A stretch of 64,000 nucleotides of DNA from Eledone cirrhosa (Eukaryota). Below the pieces are notes generated by a model. The model ran no database searches. It saw only the letters and a list, made by a program, of their open reading frames with translations, and was not told where the DNA came from. Both the position numbers and the translations under genes were made by a program. This document shows, piece by piece, positions 51,588 through 64,000 of the stretch (its first letter is position 1; each line of letters begins with the position of its first letter). The stretch is from the NCBI GenBank assembly GCA_964016885.1, contig OZ024741.1:183086001-183150000 (forward strand). Direction: 5' to 3'.

Positions 51588-52113
51588 CTTTTTCTTTGAG
51601 TTCCTAATTAGTCAATTATAAACAGTTAACAAAAATCGTTTCAAAATGATATACAACATACAAGATGAAACGATCGTGTTAAATTCTATTTAAAATGGAG
51701 AGTGTTCTTTTTCTTCCTAATGACAATAAACACATCACTGTTTAATGTCTAATTTCCATGCTTGCATGGTTTAGACGGGTTGTCACATTCTTGATCAAAC
51801 ATTCCATTTTTGGCTTAGTTTTTAAGATTGAATGCCATTTCTAACGCAAACCACTTTATAGTATGTACTAGGAGCATTTTTCATGTAAGGTGGACTGGGT
51901 GCTTTTATGGCACCAGACTACCACTTTACAGGGTGGACTAGGTGCTTTTATCGTGACACCAGCACTACTTTTTTTCAGAGTGGACAGGGTGTATTTTATC
52001 ATGCCACCAACACTAAAAACAAATAATTGGTTGGAAACTTTAATCTTGATTGCTTTTATCTGATTCATTTCAGTTAACACACTTCTTTCTGCTCTCAATT
52101 CTCATTTAACAGT

Positions 52114-52975
52114 TCATCATCATCATCATCATCATCGTTTAACGTCCGTATTCCACGCTTGCATGGGTTTGGACGGGGGTTTTCCCACTTGAGGCAAGAG
52201 TGTTTGTCTTGCTCGCATAGGACTGTCTGGTGGGTTTTCTACAGCTGGATGCCCTTCCTAACACCAACCACATTTACAGTGTGGGGCTGGGAGGTTTTTA
52301 CCGTGTTGCCTACATGGCCACATTACAGCGTGGACTGTGTGTTTTTTTGTCGTGACACCTACACGATCTCATTTGTTTCGGCCTGGATGTTGTGGCACCA
52401 ACATAACTTTACATTGAAAGGGGCGGTGTGGATGGGGGTGGGGTGTATTTTGTTAGAGATGCCTACTGACTGTAGTAGATTTTACTTTGTATTTAGGTAA
52501 GGCGGGTCTTCTCTATTACTGAGTACCGCCAAAGGTCTCGGTCCAGTGACATTGTCTTGGAGAGGTGTAAGTGTGTGAGGTCGGAATTTATCAGCTCGTC
52601 CCAGGTTTTTCTGGGTCTGCCTACTCTGTAGCTACCGTCTATCTTTATTGCCCTGCACTTTGTTATACAGCTGTCGTCTTTCATGCGCATCACGTGACCA
52701 TACCAACGTAGCCTTCTCTCGAGTAAACAACATCTGATCCCTCTTATTTCTAATTTTTTCCTTAGTTCGCTTATGCTTTGCCATTCACGTATGTTACTAT
52801 TACACATCCAGCGGAGCATGCAAGCTTCGTTCCTCTCTAGTCTGCGTATATCCTCTGCACACAATGCCCAGGTCTCACTGCCATGCAACATTGCAGTTCG
52901 TATGCAGGCATCATACAACTTGCCTTTCATTTTTAGGGAGAACCTTTTAGTGGCTAATAGTGGTATAAGCTCTCT
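52114..52975 (-). mobile_element. Young 5'-truncated RTE LINE
   Basis: ORF 52493-52930; almost identical to the 12.3-13.2 kb copy; (CAT)n tail. Confidence 0.95.
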
Positions 52976-53129
52976 TATTATTCAATAAACAAACCTAAAA
53001 AATGCTCTGAGGAAAAGACACCGTACTTATTCATAATTTATCCATACACCCATTCTCAGTACTTTAGCTACTTGCTACTAGAAAACATGTTCATTTTTTC
53101 AAAATACTAGTTTACATAAATGAATTGGC

Positions 53130-53460
53130 TGTATGATGCCTGTGTGTGATGTGCAATGTTTCTTGGTAGTGAAATATGGGCAGTGGATGCAGAGGAAATG
53201 AGAAGGTTGGTGAAAAATAAAGCAAGCATGCTTCAAAGGATGTATAATTTTAATGCGTGCGAACGATGAAGCATGGAGTAACTGACAGAAAAACTGGTTA
53301 TAAGTGGAATCAGATGCAGTGTGCAAGAGAGAAACTGTGCTGGTATGGACATATGATGTGTATGGATGATGAATGCTAGGTGAAGAAGTGCCAAGAAATT
53401 CCAATGAAGAGAAGCTCCAATAAAGGAAGACCTGGTTGGAAATGGATGTTCCTTGCATTT
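53130..53460 (+). mobile_element. Decayed RTE fragment
   Basis: LYDAC..LGSEIW..WYGHM..KTW remnants. Confidence 0.7.
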
Positions 53461-55438
53461 ATGCCTTAACAGTAGACCAAGAACACCCTGGTTATTGTTA
53501 AAATGTAATTAGTTAATTACTGCAAATGATTTCATTATCGTCATTATCATTTAATGTCTGTTTTCCCTGATGGCAAGTGCTGGATGGGTTGTCACAGACC
53601 ATGCCAGTACTTAAGCAGAGCTGATGACCTCTCAGATCGGCTGGAAGCCTATATCTCGCTTACATATGTTCCCACACTCTACCAAGTGCATTTTTCTTAA
53701 TTTTCTTAATGCGGAATATTATAGTAATATGTTATATGATATATATAGTGTTATCCACAAATTTATCTTTTATTTATTTATAGATAGGCAATTATTGTCA
53801 ACTGTTCATGAATAAATAGATCTTGACAAATGGATCTCATTCATATTTAAAAGCATGCAACATTAAAAAGACTGGCTTCTACAAATTTTGAAAAATGATG
53901 TATTTCTAAGTGAAAAAAATGGTAATATTTCAAAGAGAATAATATTAGCTTTCTGTTATTATAGAATCGTTATATATTTAATTCCAATGCAGTCAACAAT
54001 AGAATGGCCAACTTGTGCTGAATATGGAAGTGATAAATAATAAATGATAATTTAAAGGATATTGATAAATGGCCAGTTTCAATATTCCTGATCAATTGCT
54101 TTCTTCAAAAACACTAATTTAAAAATGGAAAACATTTTTCAGTCATCTGAGTATTTTAAAAGTTAGTTTCCATTCCTCCTTTTCTTTCAGGATTTTATAA
54201 ATGAAGCCTAAGATAGACCAATTGCCATTTTAGTAAAATGGTTGCAAACAACTATAACAACATATCAACCACAAGAAAAACAAATATTAAATTTAAAAAA
54301 AAAAGTTAGATTTGTGTCCATTTTGAAAGCCTGGTGTCACTTTTCAAATTGACAGCTGAATTTGAATTAACTAAGAAATTGGAAATTCTCAATTCTAATA
54401 TTTATTTAATTCTGCAATAATTAAAAAATCAAATGTAGTTTTAATTCTGTTGCAAGCTTAATTGGCAAAGTTGTTACAGCGGAAAACAATGACATTGTAG
54501 TATTTGTTCCAGGTCGGCTTTCTTTTCCATCCTTTCGGGGTCGATAAAATAAAGAACCAGTTCAATATAGTAAATAGGCATTATTGTTAGAGCATTGAAT
54601 AAGATGTTTTGTGATATTTGTTCCAGTTCTTAGTATTCTAAGTTCAAATTCTACTGTAGATTTAATCTGTCGACCATTTTATCTCCGCCACATGGCCCTT
54701 GGGTGCCTTTAGCAGAGTCGGCACTTTGTTGCAAACATTAAAGCCAGGTATTTAGTTTGATGATACCTTCCTCCCACCAGTCTGAGAGGTCCTAAAAAGG
54801 TTATAGGTACTGTCTTGCTGTCTGATTGAACAGAAAAAAATTACAAAAAGTTAGACTTATCTTTATACTTATCCAATAGTATTTCATTTTCGGTATCAAA
54901 CCTCCCGAGACCACGCTTATTGCTGCTTACTTTAAAGTGTTTATATATATTCAAAAACCTTTCATCATAATTTTATGTAAGAATTTTTGTTAATTTGTAT
55001 TCCAAACACCAGTTTAATAAGAAAGCTAGTTATATTTTTCGATTCCTCCAAATTTTTGATTAATTTCAAAATGATTTGACAATCAAAGACAGTGTCTCAT
55101 TAGAAATATGGTAATGAAAAAGTTAATTCTTCTGGTATTTTGTTATAGTCTTTTATGTTGATTTCAAATCCCCTCAAGAGTTGATAAAAGAGAGTAACAG
55201 TGAAGAACTAGGGTAGATGTCAATATTCCTGTAAAGCATCCTAGATGTGAATGGAATTATATAAGAAAACTAAGATTATATTTAGAAATCACTACCTGTT
55301 TTTAAAGTCTGTGAAAGCAGGCTGATTCTGCAAGTGAAGACCTCTTTACTTGACATTAGTTTCATATCTTAGCAGAACATCACTAATGTATATATAAGTG
55401 AATGCATGAGTATTTATGTGTGTGTGAACTAAATGTGA

Positions 55439-57313
55439 TTAACCCTTTAGCATTTACAAAACTGATGGACCAGGTCATGTAAGTAACAAAAAGAGTTATA
55501 GCACAGTTGATTAGGGACCGGGTGAAACTTGATGAGATGCAATTTGGGTTTGTGCCAGGAAGAGGCACCACTGATGCCCTCTTCCTTGTGAGGCAGTTAC
55601 AGGAAAAGTACCTAGTTAAAAGTAAGCCACTCTACTTGGCATTCGTCGATCTCGAGAAAGCCTTTGACAGAGATCCCTGTGCTATAATCTGGTGGGCTCT
55701 TAGAAAACTAGGAGTAGATGAATGGCTTGTGAAAGCTGTACAAGCCATGTATAGGGGAGCAGTCAGCAAAGTTAGGATTAGCAATGACTATAGTGAGGAA
55801 TTAGCATACAGGCCGGTGTCCACCAGGGCTCTGTTCTTAGCCCTCTCCTGTTCATCATAGTTCTGCAGGCAATAACGGAGGAGTTTAAGACAGGATGTCC
55901 ATGGGAACCCCTGTATGCAGATGACCTCGTACTTATAGCTGAATCTATGGTAGAACTAGAGAAGAAATTACAAACTTGGAAGCAGGGACTAGAGAGAAAG
56001 GGTCTCAGAGTCAACCTGACAAAAACTAAGGTCCTTGTAAGTAGACGAGAAAACAGAACCCAGATCCCCTCAGGGAAATCGCCTTGTTCAGTATGTAGGA
56101 AAGATGTAGGTAGGAACTCTATTCTCTGCCCCAAATGCAAACAATGGGTACACAAGAGATGTAGCGGGATCTCAGGAAGCTTAACTAAGAATGTAGGCTT
56201 TACATGTAGCAGCTGTGCTGGGACAGCAAGCAGCAAACAGCCACAGGAAACAAGTACCACCAAACTCTGGGAGGGCTCTGTAGAAACTGTAGACAGTTTC
56301 TGCTACCTAGGTGACCGAATTAGCAGCGGAGGTGGGTGTTCGGAAAGTACAATAACTAGGGTAAGAACGGGATGGAAGAAGTTCAGGGAGCTACTGCCAC
56401 GGCTAGCTGCAAAAGGCTTTTCCCCCAAAATGAAAGGCAGACTGTATGATGCGTGTATCCGAACAGCAATGTTACATGGCAATGAGACCTGGGCGCTGTC
56501 TGTGGAAGACTTGCGTAGATTAGAAAGAAACGAAGCCTGCATGCTCCGATGGATGTGTAATAGTAATATACGTGAACGGCAAAGCATAAATGAATTGAAA
56601 GAGAGACTGAGCATAAGAGGAATCAAATGCTGTGTGCAGGAGAGGCGGTTGCGTTGGTATGGACATGTGATGCATATGAAGGATGACAGCTGCATAAAAA
56701 GGTGCAGAGCACTAGAAGTCGATGGAAACCGCAGAGTGGGGAGACTCAAGAAGACCTGGGATGAGGTGATAAAAGCTGACCTTACCCAATTACACCTCTC
56801 AAAGGCGATGGCAGATGACCGTGACCTCTGGTGTCATGCAGTAATACAGAAGACCTGACCCAGTGTAGGCTGGGTGCTTTTTTGCCACGGCAAAAAATCA
56901 CCCAGCCCACACTGTAAAGTGGACGTGTAGGCGCCACAGAAAAAAAGCACCCAGCACTCACTGTAAATGAGGTTGGTGTTAGAAAGGGCATCCAGCTGTA
57001 GAAATCAGGCCAGAATTAGTTCCCGTATGAGCAAGGCATTGTCAGCCGACCAGACACTGCCCACAACAGGACAACCCGTCTAACCCATGCTAGCGTGGAA
57101 GAACAGACGTAAAACGGTGATGATGATGATGATTACTCTATATTTACTTTTGTATTTTTGCGGTAAAAGCTTTCTCTCACATAATATCAAATCTATGAGA
57201 TGTTGATATTTGTTTTGGGAACAATACCTTAACTTCAGTATGAGTGGTCAGCTATGGCTGTCTTAAACAGAAAGAGGTGAGAGAATTCTGGCCGGATGTG
57301 GCCGATTTAAATG
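55439..57313 (+). mobile_element. TTAA MITE split by an RTE insertion
   Basis: TTAACCCTTTAGCATTTACA at 55439-55458; MITE body resumes TTACTCTATAT at 57133 and runs to 57313 (right TIR truncated). Confidence 0.85.
55459..57132 (+). mobile_element. 5'-truncated RTE LINE, second PHD-bearing subfamily
   Basis: ORFs 55507-55860 and 55947-56858 (QFGF, DLEKAFD, YADD, C4HC3, FCYLG); (TGA)n tail. Confidence 0.95.
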
Positions 57314-60034
57314 GACCTCATTACATGATTGCTACTTAATATATCAGATTTCGGATAAAGCATGAGAATTAATTATATACACACAAATCAGAAAGAAACT
57401 AGTTGGACTGTTCTTTTTGCAATCTTCCATTTATTCCTGTTTGTAACAAGAAGAAATATTCGACCCACTATTTGAACAGTTCTAAAAATTAAGACAAAAT
57501 TAAAATACTAATACTCAAAAAATATCATGTTGCTATGTACCTATATGTGTGGTGAATATATATGCCAGTATTTGATTATATTTGATACTAATCACTATCA
57601 TAGCTACTAATACCGGAAAGATATTATGTTGCTATGTACCTATCATCATCTTCGTTTAACGTCTGGTTTTCCTGCTGGCAAGGAAGGGTTGGACATGTTG
57701 CCACAGACTGGTCATACTCAAGCGGAGCCTCTAACCAAATTCAACCAAGGTGAAATTTGCCTTTCATCCTTTCAGGACAGATAAAATGAATTACCAGTCC
57801 ATGGCGGAGGATTGGAGGAATTTGTTCTCACACTACGTTTTGAGTTCACATCTCATTGTTGTATACTTGCCTGGTTTAACATCACCTCTTGGCTCTTGGG
57901 TGACTTCAGAAGTATCCATTCTGTTTCGAGAATTCGGACCAAGTCTCCAGTTTCAGGATAACTTCTTTCTTTCCTCATACTAGTCTAAGAGGACCTGACT
58001 AAACAGTAAAAAGAAAAGAGGCATTGAAAATTATATAAAACATCTATTACAGAAAAAATTCCTCTTATGAAGAATAACAATCGTAATGAAATTAACTCTT
58101 TTCTTAGTTTTTCCTTCAATAATGAATGAACCCTCTGAATGGTATAATACCGATGATCAGATGAACATTAATATCAATAGTATGTTACACACATGTTCCA
58201 TAAGATAATTACTTTTTTACGGAACCGAATAATAAAAAAAAATTCTAAAGCAACAATTGTTGAAAAATAATTTATTAGAAATGATTAAAACATCCTCATT
58301 CGATAAACTGAGTTTATTAAAGTGTGAGGCGCAAGCTTTAAAAGTTTGTGGATATAACTTAAAGGTTACTTCCTAAGCTTGTTTAAGAAAGCCAAGCAAG
58401 ATGGATGATTAAGTGGAAGAAAGGTCAAAAGATATTTCCAATAGCAGCGGCTTTCTAACACTTAACAACACATTAAAACCATATCTTAGCTCATAATTTA
58501 TTTTTCTTTCATCATTCAATAACATCACGGACGACAACACATTCTATTCGCCGTCTTCTCGTTTGATTAAGCACATCTATCTCAATACTCCATTACTCTT
58601 AAACTTTTATTCCTCTCACTCTTTCTACACTACATAAAATATTTCATCCTCATCTCTTCAACCCAGTCTAACATCTTTTTCTTCCTCCCCCTTCCACAGT
58701 ATACATTTTCCTTCGTTCTCATTACATCTCCCTTTCATTTTTACCTCTCGCATTAGATCTTTTCTCTCCTCCTCCGTCTCTCTCGACTTCCGCCCACTAC
58801 TCATTATTTATCGTTTACCTATTCCTTCCTCTCTTTTTTTCTCATTTCCATTTCTTTCTCCTCTCAGTGTCTGCCTTACATCTTTTCCATCTCTCTCCTC
58901 CTCATTCTAACTTTTTTTTTTCACTCTATAACTCCTCCCTCGTTCTCGTACTATGTTTGTTTACCCCTCTCATCACATTCTTCCCCTGCTTCTACCTATT
59001 ATCCTCATACTACTACTATTAAAACGACGACCACAATTACTACTACTACCACCACTACTACTATTACTACTACTCAACGTCCGCTGTCTATTCCTGTTTC
59101 CCGAGCTCTCCCTTCGTCGCCATGTTTTCATTTCAAAATTTTACCTCTTTCTTCACTTACTTCCTTTCCTTTCTTCTGACTTAACATCATACTAACACCC
59201 ACTTTCTTTTGCCTACTCTCCACTCCATTTTCTTTCTTTCACATCCTTTAATTTTTTTCTTCTCATCCTTCTTACTGCTTCGACTCAAATCTACAATCGA
59301 ACTCTAAGTGGTCGCTTAATCTGCTAGAAAGAGCAGCCAAATCATACTGAGATCACCTTGTATCACCTTACAATTATACACATTGTATATTGTAATCCTA
59401 GATACACTTACTGAAAAACGGAAAAGAAAGGCAGAATGCTTTTGATAATTGATCTGATCAATCAGGGCTAAACAACTTTATTTCCTCTGCCTCCTTTCTT
59501 TTAGCACTTTACTACTACCCACAGTCGACTGCCTAATCCCCCTCTCCCTTCCTGTTTACTCTTTCACCTTGATCCAACGAGAGCCTCTATATAGTCAATC
59601 GATTTGCTAGAAACAACAGCCATATCTCACCCAGATCACATCCTAGAGCCTTAAAAAAGGGAAGAGTACATTGGACAACGTAGTAAATAGTCCATGATAT
59701 AGATATACATAACAAGATGGTCATGACTGAAATGCCTTTCATCATACATCAGTTTTCTCAGAGCCGACCTAGGGCTAAATAACAAAACCTCTTCTTCCAT
59801 GCTTCCCTCATTCATTATAAAACATGCGCTTTCTTTTACTTCTATTTTAATATTTCCTCTCGTTACAAAGCTTGTTTTCTTTCACCCGTCTTCTCTTATT
59901 TTAACTCTTTCACTCACTGATTTCTTCTACATCTTCTATTTTACTGATCCCCTTTTCTTTGCTATTTTCATTTTCCCTTCTTCTCCATCACTTTATTTTC
60001 CTGTCATATTTATTTCCTGTTTTCTGTGTGCGTG

Positions 60035-60065
<31 letters not shown>

Positions 60066-60416
60066 TACCATTACCTCTTTTCTCATGCCATTCCAGTCTC
60101 CAAGCCAGTCTATCTATTGGGGATATATAAATGTATATAGCAAAAGTACAAATAGATATACAAGGCTCAAAGGTATTTAGAGAATCATATATAATAGTAT
60201 ATAATTGCCACGTCTTTTCAGAATTATGGTTTGAAGAGAAAGATTTTTTAGACACAGCAAATATATATATATAGATGTGTGTGTGTATATATATATATAT
60301 ATATAGATATATATGTGTATATATATATACATATATATACACATATATATATATATCATGACTACCATGACTGAATCTTAACCATCTACTATGTCAGGGT
60401 ATGTCATGCATCATCT

Positions 60417-60483
60417 TATTTTATCTGATGAGGACGTACTGTTGAAGTTAACTCAGTACCTCTGAAATATGTATAATAAAATA
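60417..60483 (+). ncRNA. Putative type I hammerhead ribozyme in a (TA)n-flanked segment
   Basis: Helix I TATTTTAT/ATAAAATA; CTGATGA 60425-31; helix II GGA-c-GTACTG / CAGTAC-c-TCT; GAAA 60464-67; short helix III, AUA (or GUA) triplet. Confidence 0.6.
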
Positions 60484-62363
60484 TACTTGATCACAAGAAT
60501 ATCTATTTTGTTAATATTTTGAATTAATATTAATAACTCCGGAAAACCATATCTCTTGAGTGCTTCCAATCTATTGTAAAACTCATTCTTTGATTTATTC
60601 ATTGAACCTTGTTTAACCTTTAAATGTATATATATATATAGATATGCGTATATATATATATATATATATATATTACTGGTTGCAAGCATCTGATAAAACC
60701 TCTATACATAGAATAGAGTGAGATAATTTATTTTATATCACTGAGAGGTAGTTATTTGCATTACAGGTTTCACCTAATGGATAATTACAAACTATATATC
60801 TATATCTTCTAATATTTATTCATTTATATATATATGAATGAGAGTGAATGGGAAAACGGATGGATAAATAAAACTACAGCAAAGTGAGAGGAAGACATGC
60901 GAAGGTCAGAGAGAGAGAGAGAAACAGAGATATTTGAATTCAAATATAGCAATACATCATTTACCCTCCTCTCTTTCACATTCTCTCTATATGTGTGTGT
61001 GTGTTCTATGTATATTTAAATGATACGCTATCGAAATGTTTAATGTGAAGCTTTTCTATTCGACTTTGTACCTATCTATGTATACTACCCCTATATATTA
61101 TTTCGCCGTTATATTCTCTTATTTTTGTATTCCTATCTCCCACTCTCTTTTTTCGTTTTCTCGGCTCATCCTCCTTTAATATTTCATTGTTTATTCCTCC
61201 TACTCAAGCTGTCTCTCTTTCTCGTTTATCTTCTTTCAAGTATCTCTCAGTCTCACCCATCTCGCTACACCTTTTTCACTTTCTCGTCAATATACCTTCT
61301 CCTCCCGTCATCTAAGGTTTTGAAATTACCCCCACTTCACTCGTTTTCTTATACATCTCTTTGTTTCTTTACTCACTCGCACTATCATGTCATCCTCCAT
61401 TATGAGCTTTTATTTGGCGCCTCTTTTCATACAATTATATAGTCTGCACTATGGCTATTTTCCCCTTTCTCCTTTGTATTATTTCTTTTTTTTTTTTCGT
61501 TGTTTACCCGTTAAACATCAAAGATAATATGAGAAAGAGAGAGAGGGAGAGAAAATGAGATGTGTATGAAGGAAGATTTATATCTTTCGCAAATTAAATA
61601 TTTGTGGGAAATGTATTGTTGTTTAATTATTCTTATGCCTCAGTATGGCCAGTAAAAGCGCAATTTCTTACATATCACCTGCTTTATCAGATTATCTATT
61701 TAGCAATCTGTCTACTTATCTATGTGTATCTAGGTACCTATTTATCAATGTAGCTATCTGTTTTTCTCCTGATATAGGCATTTTTCATAATTATCTATTC
61801 ATGCACATATCTATCTGTCTATCTATCCAAATAGCAATCTGTTTTTATTTCTTTCCATGTAGCCATTCGTCTAACTAGCTATCTTTGGAGCTATCTACAA
61901 GCATTTCAGAAAGATTTACATTCTTTGTTTCTCCATCTGTGCATCAATTGAGTTTAGTTATGCTGAAAATGTAAAGGGGAGATAAAAAAACATATTGGTC
62001 GTGTATGTTATCTCCCTTTACGAGAGCCAGTACGTTGTTGACCAAACTGCTAGAAATGGCAGCCGAATCACACTATTGTCTTAAAAATCAAAGGATACGG
62101 TGGATAAAGTAGTACTTGATACATCAGTTATGAAAAAAAAAAGAAAGAATAATAAATAAATTTGTTCAATCAAGGCTTATATGGAGCTAAACAGTAGCAA
62201 CACTTAACTATGTTACCATAGTTAAGGTAAATTTGCATCCCTTAAAAATAACCTGAATGAATTGTCTATGCTTCAATGAAAAGATAAAATGAGTATGGAA
62301 ACATGTCAAGTTACTTTTTTTGTACTTGGCTAAAGGATAAAAGAAATATTAGTCATTGAACTG

Positions 62364-63350
62364 TCATCATCATCATCATCATCCTCATCATCATCTTCCG
62401 AATCCCACCTGGGAGGGTTGTTGGGGCAGAGTCCTCAAGGATGTCCCAATGGGTTCTGTCAGAAGCAACCATCTCCAATTAATACAGCTGGATCCCCAAG
62501 CAAGACCAGCTGAGCTCATGAGTATTATCCCACCATCTTGCTCAGAGTCTACCGCTGAGTCTCATATGTGTTTTTGCCCTTAAAATCTATCCAGCGCTTT
62601 TTTCCTGAGACATTCTAACCACATGCCCATAGTAACAGAGCTATGATTTCTTAATTTGGAGAAGTAGTGGCTTTACCTGGAGTGACTCTTTGATCTCCAA
62701 GCTATGCACTCTACCGAGTAATGTTACTTTAGAGACCCTTTGGAGGAACCCTATTTTGGCCCCTTTTATTTGCGATTGTATTCTTTCAGTCATTACCCAA
62801 GATTCATTACCATTGGTAAGGGTTGGCACATATACCAAATTGAAGATAGCGAGTTTGGCTTTTACACCTACCTCTCTTCTGGTTACTGGATGCTGAAGCT
62901 GCACCAGCTCATGCTATTCTTGCACATAATTCAATCTCCTGCTCTCCATCACTCATGAACACAGCCTAAAGATACTTAGACTTCTCCATTCCCTTCAGTG
63001 GCACTCCATTCACATGTAGAGTGCACTATGCAGGCTTCCGTGAGAGGATGAGTGTCTCAGTCTTCGCAGCACTTGGCTGCAAACATATCAAATTTCCCAT
63101 TGGAAATCACTTTCTGACAAGTTAAGTAATACCATGTAATCTGCAAATTCCAACTGACTGATCCTAGACCCACCAGTCTGATACCATTTCCAGCCTGGCT
63201 GCACATGTCCATCTTGTCCATGAAGATTATGATTAGGAGAGGTGACAGTAAGCGTGCTTGACAGAATCCGACTCCCACATTAAATGGTTTCAACTTTGCT
63301 CCATTTATCTAAACACAAATACTAGGGCATTTGTATGGAGACATTGCTGT
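62364..63350 (-). mobile_element. Second RTE family (no PHD), decayed RT and C-terminus
   Basis: PFNVGVGFCQARLLSPLL, LEFADY, MEKSKYL, IFNLVYVPTLTNGNESW, VTLLGRVHSLEI; (CAT)n tail. Confidence 0.85.
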
Positions 63351-63363
63351 ACATGTGTGTGTA

Positions 63364-63406
<43 letters not shown>

Positions 63407-63473
63407 ACGTCATGTCTAGTGTTATAAATAATGGGATTGATGAGTTAATATCTGTATAGAGCAACTACAACGG

Positions 63474-64000
63474 TATGCGATGGGGCCCACCCACAGTCCC
63501 GGTGGACAGAATGGAGAAGCATTTCCTCAGAGGACGGCAAGGGAGACGCGTTGGACGGGGCTCACACCTGCGGCTGGCCAGCTTAGCGCCTATGGTGGTG
63601 AGTAAGGAGGTAGCCCTGGAGCCGAGGACACCAGAAGTCTCCATGCCAGGGGTACGACCACAAACCTTTTGGAGAGCGGCCGGTATTTGAGGAGTTTGGC
63701 CCCCTCAGCCCGACATGCAGCAGAACCTGGGTCAGTCGCAAACAATTTTTCTTTGCAGAAAAAGAAGAAATTTCAACAAAAGATGTCGCATCTCAGGGTT
63801 GCCACACTTAATGTTGGCACCCTGACTGGTAGATCTGGTGAAATAGTGGAGATGCTAGAGAGAAGAGATGTGGATGTATGCTAGGCGCATGAGGTGCGAT
63901 GGAGAGGTGCCTCAGCAAGACTAATCGCAAGCAAACATCTTAGTTATAAGCTTTTCTGGGTAGGTAATGATGATGGGTTAGGTGGGATAGGCATCTTACT
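63474..64000 (+). mobile_element. 5' UTR and N-terminal AP endonuclease of an RTE LINE (continues past window)
   Basis: LRVATLNVGTLTGRSGEIVEMLERRDVDVC*AHEVRWRG..YKLFWVG..GGIGIL is the APE N-terminal motif, one in-frame stop; GC-rich leader. Confidence 0.85.

Noticed and set aside
63474-63780. HDV-like ribozyme at the RTE 5' end
   Set aside because: Known for some RTEs, but I could not build the P1-P4 nested pseudoknot by eye; needs a descriptor search

Overview
AT-rich, repeat-dominated eukaryotic DNA with no recognisable intact host protein-coding gene. The SINE, MITE and RTE families look like those of a coleoid cephalopod (octopus-like); this is an inference from repeat content. The window holds about 10 copies or fragments of an RTE-clade LINE whose reverse transcriptase carries an in-frame C4HC3 PHD finger, and a second RTE family without it. 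It also holds tRNA-derived SINEs (CORE-type with an RTE tail, Meta-domain type, and a third family), a TTAA MITE family, and decayed hAT, Tc1/mariner (DD37D-like), Helitron, R4/Dong, CRE-like and Penelope-like (RT plus GIY-YIG) relics. A 15-copy ~162-bp satellite and long (GGT)n, (TA)n and (CA)n tracts are present. The most striking signal is a set of short, non-coding, (TA)n-flanked fold-back elements, densest at 20.5-24.6 kb. Their arms contain hammerhead-ribozyme cores and their hairpin centres lie just upstream of or inside the ribozyme. Two of them bound a 2.1-kb zig-zag inverted triplication. All motif and fold assignments were made by eye and coordinates of decayed elements are approximate.
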